Shown in pieces: positions 1-13,800 of a stretch of DNA of 64,000 nt. Location of the stretch: the NCBI RefSeq assembly GCF_036365525.1, contig NC_090387.1, positions 31,870,675 through 31,934,674 of the forward strand, given 5' to 3'. The notes below the pieces were generated by a model, which worked only from the letters and a program-made list of their open reading frames with translations, made no database searches and was not told the DNA's origin. This stretch comes from Heterodontus francisci (Eukaryota). A program made the position numbers and the translations under genes. Within the stretch, counting starts at the first letter, position 1; the number at the start of each line of letters is the position of its first letter.

Positions 1-1449
1 TCTGCTCCTATTTTTCTAGGTTTCTATGGGAGAAGAGGGCACATAATTCACGGGAGAGGGCTTACACAGTAGGAGTGCCCCAGCTTGCCATCTCACAGCC
101 ATATAGGAGGCAGTGTGGCCCTGCAGGAACAAGTGGCCATGGAGAAATGGTAATACCTGGAGGAGCCACTGAAAAGATATTGAGATCTCTGGATGAAGGA
201 GAGAAAGTGCATGCCTCCCGGTCCAACAGCATGCCAAAAGCTCAGCTGTTTTGGGAAGCCTCATCAGTGCACAGGCTTCTGCAGTCACAGGTTAGTTCTC
301 ATGATCTCCTTCTTGGTCTCCCACAGGGTCATTTATGGTGGAGGAGTGCCAAAGTACAGTCAAACCACCAGGGACATCTCAAGGATCTGAGACAGTAGAG
401 CCAGCACTGTCACAGCATACAAGCGCACCCTCCACTAATGCAAATACACTTACAGCGGTGGGTCCTTCGCACATGGTTAGAAAGAGTGGTACAGGGTGAA
501 AAGCACGGCACTAGTGAGCAGGAGGAGGTGAGAGAGGCAGAGGCAGCTGTGGGCAGTCCCCTCGGAGGATGGTGGATAGACACAGCCATTCTCAGCTGGG
601 TGCAGATGCAGGACCTTGGGAGTCACAAGAAAGGAGACTCTACTTGGACCAGCAGCAAGAGATGTGTGCCTAGATGTCCGAATTCCCTGAGGCAGTGAGG
701 GTTCAAGGGCTGTGAATGGAGGAGTCCATTCAGCTCACATGCACGACCATGGGTCAGGGCTTTGAGTGCACGAGCTCCTCCAGTAAAAGAATCGCCTAAC
801 TCATAGAGAGCCATGAGGCAACACTCTGACTGGATGTACGCCACGCTTTGTAGCATGGACTGGTCAGTGGCACTGGTGGCACAAAGATGCATGGCACGGA
901 TACCAGTCGCCCCCCACCAGCGATCCAGAATGCTATTTGATGGCAGAGACAGTTACCGATGAAGATGAGGGAGCCTTCCCTTACAGGACACCATCATCAT
1001 CAGCTGCCTCCTTGGCCCCTCTGAATCTATGCAGCAGGGCCCTGTGTTGGAGGCTGTCCCTGCACTAACCCTGGTGCAGCAGTCTTTAGAGGTGCCCCCA
1101 CTGGCACCTCCATGGTGAGGATGACCACTACAGGCATCTCAGCCATCAGCAGACACAATTGAGCAGTCTGCCTCCACCTTATCTGAGGCTACAAAGGGAG
1201 CACCACGTCAAAGTGCCCGAGAGCAGAGGCCACCACGCTGGGGATTTGTTTTACTCATCAACGTGCACTTTGTTACTTTTTGCAAACACTGCAAATATTG
1301 ACACGCGACTCCATACATTCTTTTAATAGCAAAACTTGAAAAGAGGGATGAAGTGGTGAAGGGAAGCAATGGTCTTTCAAGTAGTCAGTGAGTCTGCTGG
1401 ATAGATGTGTTTCATTCATTAGGGGTATGAGTGGATCTATTCAAGCTCA

Positions 1450-2392
1450 TGTCATCAATGGAACTGTTCTCTCAGGCAGCTCAAAGTGAGTTCCAGACAA
1501 TGCAGTCCTGCTGGGTTCGAAGTGCCTGGATCAGATAGTCGCTGACATTGACGCCATTTTGATGAGACCACAGAGTCCTGCGCTGGCCCTGACCATCTCC
1601 CTGCATGCCTGGGCACCTCTCTACTCTGCATCTTCCTCTTTCTCCTCCTCCAGCTCATCCTCCAGTGAGCTGTGTCTTTCCAGTACCTCACCCTTTTCAA
1701 GGTTCATTCTCTCTGGAGGGCCATGTTATGGAGAGTGCAGCAGACCATAACAATGCACGAGACCCTTGCAGGAGTGTACTGCAGGGTGCCACCCAACTGG
1801 TCCAGGCACCAGAATCGCATCTTCAGAAATGCCATAGCCTGCTTGATGATGGTCCTTGTGAGCAAATGGCTTCAGTTGTAGTACCTCTGTGGCTCCGTTT
1901 CAGGGTCACATAAAGGGGTGAGCAGCCATCTATTCATGGGATATCTCTTGTCCCTAGAATCCATCCACGAAGTTTGGGTATTAAGAGCTGCAGCACCTGC
2001 ACTGCCAGAGGTGTCATGGCAGCTGCCAGGATAGCGAGCACGCGCATGCATAAAGCTCTTGCTACCGCAGACCAGCTGAACGTTGAGGGAGTGGAAGGCC
2101 TTCCTGTTGATGAATCTCACTGACTAGCCATTCAGTGCCTTGATAGCCACATGGGTTCCTGCACCAGCAGGAATTCAGCGATGGAAGTGAATTCCACTGC
2201 CCTTTGTTCCTGCAAGGCCCCATCTGTCTGAAATTGTATGTACTGCCCAGCCCTTGCAAACAGGGCATCAGTGAATTGCGAGATGCAGTGGTGTGCTGCT
2301 GCTTGTGAGATGCCACCAAGGTCCACTGCTGATCCTTGGAAGGAGCCAGAGGTGAAAAAGTTCAAGGCCACAGTGACTTTGACAGCTACTGG
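1450..2392 (-). pseudogene. Harbinger DDE transposase, C-terminal part, frameshifted
   Basis: ORFs 2132..2779 (its C-terminal half) and 1872..2120 carry [37 protein letters not shown] motifs. Confidence 0.85.
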
Positions 2393-3438
2393 GATAAATG
2401 GGTCTTTTTCCGAATGGCAGGCAGTGACTAGTGGGGTGCCGCAGGGATCGGTGCTAGGACCCCAGCTGTTCACAATATACATTAATGATTTAGATGAGGG
2501 AACTAAATGTAATATCTCCAAATTTGCAGATGACACAAAAGGAGGGTGAGTTGTGAGGAGGATGCAGAGAGGCTTCAGGGTGATTTGGACAAGTTGAGTG
2601 AGTGGGTTAATGCATGGCAGATGCAGTATAATGTGGATAAATGTGAGGTTATCCACTTTGGTAGCAAAAACAGGAAGGCAGATTATTATCTGAATGACTA
2701 TAAACTGAGAGAGGGGAATATGCAGTGAGACCTGGATGTTCTCGTACACCAGTCGCTGAAGGTAAGCATGCAGGTGCAACAGACAGTAAAAAAGGCAAAT
2801 GGTATGTTGGCCTTCATAGCGAGAGGATTCGAGTACAGGAGCAGGGATGTCTTGCTGCCATTATACAGGGCCTTGGTGAGGCCACACCTGGAATACTATG
2901 TGCAGTATTTGGTCTCCTTATCTGAGGAAGGATGTTCTTGCTATAGAGGGAGTGCAGCGAAGGTTTACCAAACTGATTCCTGGGATGGTGGGACTGACGT
3001 ATGAGGAGAGGTCGGATTATATTTGCTGGAGTTCAGAAGAGTGAGAGGGGATCTCATAGAAACCTATAAAATTCTAACAGGACTTGACAAGGTAGATGCA
3101 GGAAGGATGTTCCCGATGGTGGGGGAGTCCAGAACCAGGGGTCATAGTCTAAGGATACGGGGTAAACCTTTCAGGACTGAGGTGAGGAGAAATTTCTTCA
3201 CCCAAAGAGTGGTGACCCTGTGGAATTTGCTACCACAGAAAGCAGTTGGGGCCAAAACATTGTATGTTTTCAAGAAGGAGTTAGATATAGCTCTTGGGTC
3301 TAAAGGGATCAAAGGGTATGGGGCGAAAGCTGGAACAGGCTACTGAGTTGAATGATCAGCCATGATCATAATGAATGGCAGAGCAGGCTCAAAGGGCTGA
3401 ATGGCCTACTCCTGCTCCTATTTTCTATGTTTCTGTGT
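2393..3438 (+). mobile_element. 5'-truncated CR1 LINE (RT C-terminus and 3' UTR)
   Basis: [31 protein letters not shown] motifs; TTTCTATG-type tail; TACTGG repeated at 2387-2392 and 3439-3444. Confidence 0.92.
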
Positions 3439-3524
3439 TACTGGCAGGGCATGGCGTGTAGTACTGCGAGTTGTAAGGTCTTTCGTGATGAGGGCACAAA
3501 TCTCAGTGACCATCTGCTTAGATA

Positions 3525-5093
3525 TTTATTTATTTATTTAGAGATACAGCAGTGAAACAGGCCCTTCGGCCCACCGAGTCTGTGCTGACCAACAACCACC
3601 CATTTATACTAATCTTACATTAACCCCATATTCCTACCACATCCCCACACCACCTACCTATACTAGGGGCAATTTCTTCTTCTTCTATTCGTCTTTGGCC
3701 TCCTTATCTCGAGAGACAATGGGTAAGCGCCTGGAGGTGGTCAGTGGTGTGTGGAGTAGCGCCTGGAGTGGCTATAAAGGCCAATTCTGGAGTGACAGGC
3801 TCTTCCACAGGTGCTGCAGAAAAATGTGTTTGTTGGGGCTGTTACACAGTTGGCTCTCCCCTTGCACCTCTGTCTTTTTTCCTGCCAACTGCTAAGTCTC
3901 TTCGACTCGCCACACTTTAGCCCCGCCTTTATGGCTGCCCGCCAGCTCTGGCGAACGCTGGCAACTGACTCCCATGACTTGTGATCAATGTCACAGGACT
4001 TCATGTCGCATTTGCAGACGTCTTTAAAGCAGAGACACGGACGGCCGGTGGGTCTGATACCAGTGGTGAGCTCGCTGTACAATGTGTCTTTGGGGATCCT
4101 GCCATCTTCCATGCGGCTCACATGGCCAAGCCATCTCAAGCGCCGCTGACTCAGTAGTGTGTATAAGCTGGGGATGTTGGCCGCCTTGAGGACTTCTGTG
4201 TTGGAGATACGGTCCTGCCAAATGATGCCAAGTATTCTCCGGAGGCAGCGAAGATGGAATGAATTGAGACGTCGCTCTTGGCTGACATACGTTGTCCAGG
4301 CCTCGCTGCCATAGAGCAAGGTACTGAGGACACAGGCTTGATACACTCGGACTTTTGTGTTCCATGTCAGTGCGCCATTTTCCCACACTCTCTTGGCCAG
4401 TCTGGACATAGCAGTGGAAGCCTTTCCCATGCGCTTGTTGATTTCTGCATCTAGAGACAGGTTACTGGTGATAGTTGAGCCTAGGTAGGTGAACTCTTGA
4501 ACCACTTCCAGAGCGTGGTCGCCAATATTGATGGATGGAGCATTTCTGACGTCCTGCCCCATGATGTTCGTTTTCTTGAGGCTGATGGTAAGGCCAAATT
4601 CATTGCAGGCAGCCGCAAACCTGTCGATGAACTCTGCAGGCACTCTTCAGTGTGAGATGTTAAAGCAGCATCGTCAGCAAAGAGGAGTTCCCTGATGAGG
4701 ACTTTCCGTACTTTGGACTTCGCTCTTAGACGGGCAAGGTTGAACAACCTGCCCCCTGATCTTGTGTGGAGGAAAATTTCTTCTTCAGAGGACTTGAACG
4801 CATGTGAAAGCAGCAGGGAGAAGAAAATCCCAATAAGTGTGGGTGCGAGATCACAGCCCTGTTTCACGCCACCCAGGATAGGAAAGGGGTCTACACTACC
4901 CACACTAGGGGCAATTTATAATGGCCAATTTACCTATCAACCTGCAAGTCTTTTGCTGTGGGAGGAAACCGGAGCACACGGCAAAAACCCACGCAGTCAC
5001 AGGGAGAACTTGCAAACTCCGCACAGGCAGTACCCAGAATTGAACCCGGGTCGCTGGAGCTGTGATGCTAACCACTGCGCCACTGTGCTGCCC
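3525..5093 (-). mobile_element. tRNA-derived V-SINE (HE1-like), interrupted by an RTE LINE
   Basis: Minus strand starts GGGCAGCACAGTGGCGCAGTGGTTAGC (A box) ..GGTTCAATTC (B box); CR1-like 3' tail ending in (TAAA)n; AGATA repeated at 3520-3524 and 5094-5098. Confidence 0.88.
3676..4895 (-). mobile_element. 5'-truncated RTE-clade LINE
   Basis: GVKQGCDLAPTL, LLFADDAAL, FTYLGS, RRLRWLGHV and C-terminal CxxC..H zinc finger; (GAA)n tail; 14-bp TSD ACTAGGGGCAATTT at 3662-3675 and 4904-4917; 1-bp frameshift near 4632. Confidence 0.93.
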
Positions 5094-5807
5094 AGATAGG
5101 TGCAGTCTCCTGCAGCTCTGAAACTCTGACATGTCCAGGTAGCAGCTTCTTCGGCAGTAACATGATGCTGCGGGTATGGCCTCTGTTGCCCTCCTGCCCC
5201 TGGTTTCTCTCCTCTGCCCTGGGCTCTACATCTTGATTGTGACACATCCTGAAAACCTAATCCCATGTCCAACTGTTGCCTTGCTTACGCTCAGCTTGGC
5301 ATCTGTGTGCCAATGGCTGAGCGCCCCTTTCGGCAGTGCTCCATTTAATGGGCCCACCTCTTCTGAACAAAATCGTTGGCAGCCAGACTGGTGATATAGA
5401 ACCAGCAGATGGCACTAATATTCGCACTGGCCCGCCTCTACACTTGCCCCCCATTGTTGCCTAAAGGTCTTGCCCTTCATCTATTCCAGTACCTGGCCTG
5501 TTTCTATAGGCTGTATTCTGCTCCTCCGCTGGTACTTTGTACCCTATGCTAAACTAGCTCTAATCAATTTCTGCTGATCCCATTCTGCTCTCAATTCTGC
5601 TTCCATCCTACTCCATGACCCTACTTGGCTACCATCTACTTGCTTCTCCATAGCCCAATTGCACTCATCCTTGAGAACACCTTCATCAGACTTGTAGGTA
5701 GGTGAACCCGCATCTTCCCTCTTGTACTCCAGAATCTGACCTGAACCTGGCAGGTGGAGTAAAATGGTCAAGACTCACAACTCAGTATTATTTAAATTTT
5801 TTAGAAT

Positions 5808-6050
5808 TCTTTCATGGGGTGTAAGTGTCACTGGAAAGGCAAGCATTTGTTGCCCATCCCTAATTGCCATTGGTGATGAACCACTGTCTTGAACCACAGC
5901 AGTCCATCGAGTATAGGTACACCCACAGTGCTGTTATGAAGGGAGTTCCAGGTTTTTGACCCAGTGACAGTGAAGGACCAGCAATACAGACCCAAGTTAG
6001 GATGAGGTGTGACTTGGAGAGGAACTTGCAGGTGGTGGTGTCCCCACAAC
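5808..6050 (-). mobile_element. 3' end of an older CR1/L2-group LINE
   Basis: Similar to 61850-62090 (..FTVTGSKTWNSL.. on the minus strand). Confidence 0.6.
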
Positions 6051-7129
6051 TGTTATTATACTATGGATAACAAACGCCAATGCACTGTTCCCTTTAACTC
6101 TCTTTAATTTGAAACACCACTCACCCAGTGATCAGTCAGAGGAGTATGTTTCCATCTGTACAGGTGATCAAATCGTCTGCAATTGCCTTGCAAGTTGCTT
6201 AAATTTGTCTCTAACTGCATCCTTATTATAATACAAAGATCATACCCATGACAATTGAGCAATTCCGCACCCCCCCCCCCCCCCACCCAAACTTTCATTG
6301 CACCTGCTTAATCTTATCTGTTTCTGTAAATCTACAGAGTGCTCGAATTGATCGCTTCCTCATCCTGGGTCAGTGAGTAGTCCATTATCACACAGGTAAT
6401 GTCCTCAACCATTGTCACACAAAGGTGTTTTAATGAGGAAAAATTCCAGGATTATCAGCATTCTGAAAGGGTGGCGAATGGGTTTTGCTCCAGCACAATT
6501 TTGATTTGAACATTCCCAAAGAATGAGAGAACCAATCCAGACTCAGTGGAACCATGGTCATTAGGTGTTGTGTTGGTTTATAAATAGCTTAACCACAGGA
6601 GTTCTATGAGAAGGACAGTCAATTAAATTTAAACAAACAAGTCATTGTGTGGGTCTCATTACTCCAGCTACTTTCTTGGTTTGCATATTCATAAAGTCAA
6701 TCGTCTCTGTGCCTCTGTATGAATAACTTCCTCCTGCATTCCGTTCAGCTCACAGCTTGTTTTAAAAGTTAGTTTAAAAGTCCTGTTGGTTTCTCGACAC
6801 ATGCTGGAATATGAAACTTGGCCAATTTCTTCTGATTGATCAATTTACAAAACTGCCTTTACAGAACAGCCGCTTAACCCTTTAGTGTCAGTTTATTTTA
6901 AGTTAGGTGCATTCTTGCTGCAGAACTGGCTACAGGTTTCTCTGGACTGGCTCAAGGTCCTGTTGCTGCTCTCAATCTTGTATGCTCATTGCCCTACTGC
7001 TGTTCCTCAGACCAGTTCTGACATCTGCAATAATCTGGTTTCCTGGGCTGCACTCTTGGTTCGCAGGTATCACTCCCATTGCTCCTCACTTCTCTGCTTG
7101 GAAACTGGATGCACAGGTGCATACTGGTA

Positions 7130-7745
7130 ATGTCTGAGGCCACTATACACCTCTGCTCGACCCCTTGATTAAACTCCACTGGCTCAACTCCCCACTCTTC
7201 TTCAGCCCTCTATTTCCACTGGACAACTTTCAGCAATGCACCCACCAACATTCTGCCCTTCGAGTGGCTCCTGTAAATACTTTTACTCCACATCAATCTC
7301 CCAGATCTGGTCCCTGTCTACAACAACTTCATTCCATCTCAAGACTTCAAAGTTTAACTTCAGACCCATTGATATTGTCTCCTATTTAACAACCAGGACA
7401 TATCTCTCCTAATCTGTGCCATGTCTCTCAGGTACTGTCTGCCTCCGATCCATAACCAAACCCATCTTCTGCCTGCTTACTTTCCTGCCATCCAGACTCA
7501 AATCACCATTGAATAAGCCCACAGCTACCCTCTGTGCTTCTCTGCATTTTGCAAAGGTCGATCAAGGCACCCATCACTGTCTCCATAGAAGCAGCAACCC
7601 TATCTGCACCATCTTCTTCTCTTGTTGACCTTCCCTATTTGTTTCTGAATTGTTGGCCTCCACAAACAGCATTCTTCCTCTCCTCCAGAGTGCACAGGAA
7701 CCACTGTCTTTGGTCTTGGGATATAATTATCACTATAACCTCCTA
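7130..7745 (+). mobile_element. Old, decayed LINE fragment (L2-like)
   Basis: Pyrimidine-rich degenerate sequence resembling L2 ORF2; no intact motif. Confidence 0.3.
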
Positions 7746-9294
7746 ATCAGCTCTCTCTTGAAGGAATTAATTGACAGCATCAATTACTTTTTCTGGGAGC
7801 CTGTTCCAAGGTTCTACAACTGAGGGGAAAAAAACATTTCTTCTAATTTTAGTTTCCCTTGAGAGTTGTTTGTTTTATCTGATGTCATAGGAATGTACAG
7901 GCCAGGAAAACATTGTGGGTCATCTAAACACTCAAAGTTAAAACAGAACACACTAAAGGCCACCTCTCAATAGCTTTTCACAAAACAACTACCAGTCTCC
8001 CTTTTGAATCTGCTGACAGTGTTGATGTCCACTGTCTTCTAGGCAGTCTATTCTACACATGCACCACATTCTGTGTGAAATAGGTAAATAGAAATAGAGA
8101 CCTCTGATCTCTCTCTGATTGATCTTACTTGTTTATTCTGGTCCCAAGTGGGTACACCTGCTTGTTCATTGAGCTCAGTGAGATTTTTCAGAAGAACCTC
8201 TTACTTATTCACGAGACTCAAAAGCAGATGGAGCCCTAAACTCTGGCATTCCTTCACTAAACTTCTCTGCCTCTCCTCCTTTAAGATGGTCTTTAACACC
8301 CATTTCCGACCAAACTTTTAGTTACTCCTCTTAATATCTCCTTCTTTTGACCCTGTACCAATTTTTGTCAGATTATGGTCAGGTTAGGATTATGCTGTGA
8401 AGCACCTTATAGGTGCCATATAAAGCAAATTATTGTTGTTTACCTTCTTTCAGTTTGCAATGCTGCACTCTCAGACAATTTAGTGGCCCAGAAATTGTTG
8501 AATTTACAGCTTAAAGGCCATTGATTTCAGGATTGTGGAAGTGATATGTTGCTAACAGAATGAAGTTCAGCAAACCATTAAGAATAGCAGGTGGACTTTG
8601 TAGAGCTTCTTCTTCTGCAAGCTAGTGTTAACTTGCAGAATCCATGTGGAAAATTCAAGAGACAAAGGAGAAAGAAAAAGTCCGTATTGTGTAGACATTT
8701 ACAAAATTGATAGCTGCTACATAGTCCAGATTCAGTAGACTGTTGCATGTATAAAACTGAAGTGGAAGAGCCAGAATTAGTGTAATTACAGATCATACAG
8801 ATATTTAGAAAATGGTTGGTGTCTGTGCCTGCTTTATCTGAACATGGTAGTTCTTTTTCAGAGTAAAGAACAATTAGCCTTGTGCAATTTCTGTCAAGAT
8901 AGAATATGCAAAGAAATATTGAAAATAACCTGAAGTTCAACCAAAGATTTCCACAAATATTTCAACATAAAGGAATGCTACTGTGGACCAGAAAGGCAAA
9001 GTACATAATTGATTTCTTTGGCACTGATGAAAATATTCTTCAAACAATGCTTGCATATGTGACTGCATAAAATGGTTTGCCAGTGTCTTCAATCTACATC
9101 GCAAACAAAATAATTAGTTACAAAATGTTTTAATGCTGCTAGATGAAGTTGAAGGAAAGCTATGCAGTGCTAACCAGAGAAGAATAATCCCATTTCTAAG
9201 TTTTAAAAAAATGTTGAGTAGGAAAAAATATATTTTGATCTATCGCAAATACTGTGTATGGTTTTAAAAAAATTTTTTTTTAAGGGATCCCAGG

Positions 9295-9619
9295 CAGAGT
9301 CGGATTAAGAATTCTTGGGGCCCCCCGAGCACCAAAGCCATTTGGGATGCCTTTGCACCTCCTGTACAAACTCCTCCCTGCCAATCAATTAATTAAAACA
9401 TAAATGTGTAGTAAAATGCATGAAGAAACTGGTCTGAAGAATGTTTACACACTGATCTAGTAACAAACAAATCAGGTCACGATATACTATGCTCAAATGA
9501 AACTGATCCAGCAGTTGTAAACAGTTTTTCTGCAAAATGATGAATTTTATTGGCGACCCTATCTTTGCCTGGGACCCCAGGACATGGGTGTCATAGGCCA
9601 ATATGTTAATCAGCCTTTG
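9295..9619. mobile_element. Possible old hAT-like MITE
   Basis: Imperfect inverted ends CAGAGTCGGATTAA .. TTAATCAGCCTTTG; no TSD found. Confidence 0.3.
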
Positions 9620-9749
9620 ATCATAAGCAGTTCCTTATCCTCTGACAATAAAGATTTCAATTTCTACCCTAGGATCCCTGACATACAAGATTTAATCCAG
9701 ATCTCACAAAGTGACAAAGATATTGGATAGTAAGCTGTTTAGCCACTTG

Positions 9750-10497
9750 GGCGCATTCCGCCATTCAATGAGATCATGGCTGATCTGCAACTTAACTCCA
9801 TCCACTTGGTTTAGGTATCCTTTTAGAACACTTGACTGGCAAAAATCTATTGTTCTCACCTATTGCTTTTTGTGGAAGAGAGTTCCAAACTTCTACCACC
9901 TTTGCATGAAGAAGTGTTTCCTAACTTCTCTCCTGAATAGCCTAGCAATGATTTAAAGGTGGTCCTACACTCACCCCACCCTAGCAAAAAAGTTTCTCTC
10001 TATTCACTCTATCAACTCCTTGCAAATTCTAAAAACCTCAATCAAATCACCCCTTGACCTTCTATGTTCCAGGGAACACAAGTCTAGTTTATGTACTCTC
10101 TCCTCATAAACTAACCCTTTGGAGCCCTGAGAACATTCTGGTGAATCTGTGCTGCGCTTCTTCCAATGCCAGTATATCCTTTCTAAGGTACAGTGTTCAA
10201 AACCGTCATCAGTACTCCAGGTGTGGTCGAACAAAGGCTTTGTATTGCTGCAGCAAAAGTTCCTACTTTTTATATTCTAGTCCTCTAGTTATAAAGGCTA
10301 ACATTCCATTAGAATTTTTGATTATTTTTTGTAGCTACTACATTTTAGTGATCTGTGTACATGGGGCCTAAATCTCTTTGTACTTCCACTGTTCCAAGAT
10401 TTTCACCATTTAATTCATACTAGGTTCAAAATGATCTCACACTTACCTGTGTTGAAATCCATCTGCCACAGTTTTGCCACTAACTTAATCAATCATT
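9750..10497 (-). mobile_element. CR1 LINE 3' fragment (continues at 17500-17693)
   Basis: Minus-strand RT C-terminal motifs (RRSRGDLIEVF); sequence resumes after the TIR element 10498-17499. Confidence 0.8.
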
Positions 10498-10899
10498 GGC
10501 CCAAATTTTACTCTCAGCAGTGAACGACAGTGCTAGCCATTGATTACACTTACCTTGCCTACAAACTTTCTATGGGCTTTTGCACTGGAACTTTCGTTTA
10601 CTAGAAATCTGAAGAAAGGGACGTTGGTGATGGGGAATAGAGTTCTTTATTGCAGGGAGATAGAGAGGGACAGATCATTGAAGGGAGACAGGGGATCTAG
10701 GACACGTGCAAACAGGGCAAGCAACTAGGTATCTCGTTACCCAATCAGATTGAAGAAGCCTTGATGAGACATGTGGGTGAGATTTTAACTCATTCAAAAC
10801 ACATTCGTTTACACGGAATTAAAGTCAGGCCCTTGGAGTCTGAACTAGAATTAGAATCTTGTTTAATAATGCCCAGTTTCTGATTGGTTGGTGGATTGA

Positions 10900-13800
10900 A
10901 TTGGTGGGTGGAGCTGGTACTCAGCACACAGCAGAAGAGTCTGAGAGCATTGTGGATAGCACGTATAGAGAGGTGGTCACACCGCAGCTGAAGGGACTTG
11001 AGGAAGGAAGGGAATGGGTGACCACCAGGCAGTCCAAGAGAAACAGGCAGGTACTTCAGGAGTCCCCATGGGGTCCCGCTTGCAAATCGGTATTCCATTT
11101 TGGAGGCTGATGAGGCTGGTTCCTCCAGGTAGTGCGGACAGAGCCAAGCTTCTGGCACCGCAAGCAGCCTGTCTGTACAGGAAGGGGGGAAAGAGAGGAA
11201 GAGCAATAGTAATAGGGGATTCTATAGTCAGGGGAACAGATAGGCGCTACTGTGGCCGTCAGCGTGACTCCAGGATCGTGTGTTGCCTCCCTGGTGCCAG
11301 GGTCCGGGATGTCACTGAACAGCTGCAGGGCATCCTGAATGGGGAGGGTGATGAGGCAGAGGTCATGGTACATGTTGGTACCAATGACATAGGTAGAAAG
11401 AGGGATGAGGTCTTGCATCAAGAATTCAGGGAGTTAGGCAGTAGACTAAAAAGCAGGACCTCTCGGGTTGTAATCTCTGGATTACTCCCAGTGCCACGTG
11501 CTAGCAAGTATAGAAATAGGAGAATAGCACAGATGAGCACGTGGCTTATGAGTTGGTGCAGGAGGGAGGGTTTTAGATTCCTGGACTACTGGGACCGTTT
11601 CTGGGGAAGGTGGGACCTGTACAAGCGGGACGGTCTACATCTGAACCAGAGAGGGACTAACATCCTTGCTGGCGGGTTTGCTAGTGCTGTTGGGAAGTTT
11701 AAACTAATTTGGCTGGGGGAGGGGATGCAGATTCCTAGCAGAATAGGGACACAGCTAAACACAGGAAAGTGAACAAGTCAGAGGGAATACAGCGGAAGTA
11801 AGTTTCAAGGGAGTAAGACCAGGATGGAAGGCCTCTACTTTAATGCCAGGAGTATTGCAGGTAAAAAAATGGATGAGTTAAGGGCAAGGATTGACATGTG
11901 GAATTGTGATATAGTAGCCATCACGGAGACAAGGTTGAGGGAGGGGCAGGATTGGCAGCTCAATATCCCGGGATATAGAATCTTCAGGCGAGACAGAGGA
12001 GGGGGTAAAAGAGGAGGGGGCATTGCAATATTAGTTAAGGAGTCAGTTACTGCAGTAAGGAGAGATGATATCTTGGCAGGGGCATCAAATGAAGCTTTAT
12101 GGGTAGAGTTTAGGAATAAAAAAGGGACAGCCACATTGCTAGGTGTTTATTATAGACTTCCAGATAGTCAGTGGGAAATTGAGGAGCAAATATGGACGCA
12201 ATTTGCAGAGGTGTGTAAAAATAATAGGGTAATTAATAGGGTAATGATTTCAACTTTCCCAACATTAATTGGGATAGTCATCTTGTTAAGGGCTTAGATG
12301 GAGTGGAGTTCTTAAAATGTATACAGAAGAACGTTTTAGCTCAATATGTAGAGGATCCAACAAGGGGGAAATTTGTGGGTGGAGCCAGAGGACATTGGTA
12401 GGGTGTTGAACGAATACTTCACATCTGTCTTCACCCAAGAGAATGAGGATGTAGATATGGAACTTAGAGAGAGAGAGACTGTGAGGTTCTTGAGCAAATT
12501 GTCATAGGGAGTGACCAGGTATTGGAGGTTTTGGAAGGCTTAAGTGGACAAATCTCCAGGTCCAGACGATTTTGTGTCCCAGGATGCTGTGGGAGGCGAG
12601 GGTGGAGATTGCAGGGGCTCTGACCCTAATTTTTAATTCCTCTCTGGCCACAGGGGAGGTGCCAGAGGACTGGAGAACAGCTAATGTGGTCCCACTATTT
12701 AAGAAAGGTTGTAGAGATAAGCCAGGGAACTACAGACCAGTGAGTCTCACGTCACTATTGGAGAAAATTCTGAAGGAAGGAATCTATCTCCACTTGGAGA
12801 GGCAAAATTTGATTAGGAATAGCCAGCATAGCTTTGTCAGAGGGAGGTCATGCCTAACAAATTTTTTGAGCATGTGACCATGTGTGTAGATGAGGGTAGT
12901 GCAGTTGATGTAGTTTACATGGATTTCAGCAAAGCCTTTGACAAGGTCTCACATTGGAGACTTATCAAGAAAGCAAATGCACATGGGATACAGGGTAACT
13001 AGATAAGGTGGATTCAAAATTGGCTTAGCTGTAGGAGACAGAGAGTGATGATAGACGGCTGTTTTAGTGACTGGGAGCCAGTGTCCAGTGGCGTACCACA
13101 GGGATCTGTGCTGGGTCCCCTATTGTTTGTCATTTATATAAACATAGATGACTATGTGGGGGGTAGGATCAGTAAGTTCGCGGATGACATAAAGATTGGC
13201 CGAGTGGTTAACAGTGAGGTGGAGTGTCTTAGGTTACAGGAAGATATAGACGGGATGGTCAAACGGGCAGTAAAGTGGCAGATGGAATTTAACGCTGAAA
13301 AGTGTGAGGTGATACACTTTGAAAGGAGTAACGTGACACGGAAGTATTCATTGAATGGCCTGACACTGGGAAGTTCCGAGGAACAAAGGGACCTTGGCGT
13401 GTTTGTCCATAGATCTCTGAAGGCAGAAGGGCAGGTTAATAGGGTGGTGAAAAAGGCATATGGGACACTTGCCTTTATCAATCGAGGCACAGATTACAAA
13501 AGCAGGGAGGTCATGTTGGAGTTGTACAGAACTTTGGTAAGGCCACAGCTGGAGTACTGTGTGCAATTCTGGTCGCCACATTATAGGAAGGATGTGATTG
13601 CATTGGAGGGGGTGCAGAGGCGATTCACCAGGATGTTGCCTGAGATGGAACATTTAAGCTATGAAGAGAGGTTGGATAGGCTTGGGTTGTTTTCGCTGGA
13701 GCAGAGGAGACTGAGGGGTGACCTGATCGAGGTGTACAAGATTATGAGGGGCATGGACAGGGTGGATAGGGAGCAGCTGTTCCCCTTAGTTGAAAGGTCA

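Larger units (their letters stand above)
1..5460. mobile_element. Degenerate PIF/Harbinger DNA transposon, split by three nested insertions (left end outside window, right end approximate)
   Basis: Minus-strand HARBI1-like transposase pieces rejoin across the insertions: CRRLHLS|KQMVTEICALI..LP|[44 protein letters not shown]. The + strand segment 1-1250 is inferred to be the decayed second (Myb/SANT-type) gene. Confidence 0.75.

Noticed and set aside
2132-2779. 215-aa ORF as a possible fusion gene
   Set aside because: Chance read-through of antisense CR1 into the Harbinger transposase.
6338-6395. Possible + strand micro-exon (TACAG|..CAG|GTAATG)
   Set aside because: No recognisable peptide, partner exons or other support.
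8480-9230. A-rich stretch resembling a decayed transposase or gene
   Set aside because: Stops in all frames I read and no motif I can assign.
11014-11772. Host SGNH esterase gene
   Set aside because: It is CR1 ORF1, directly followed by APE/RT; two more decayed copies lie in the window.
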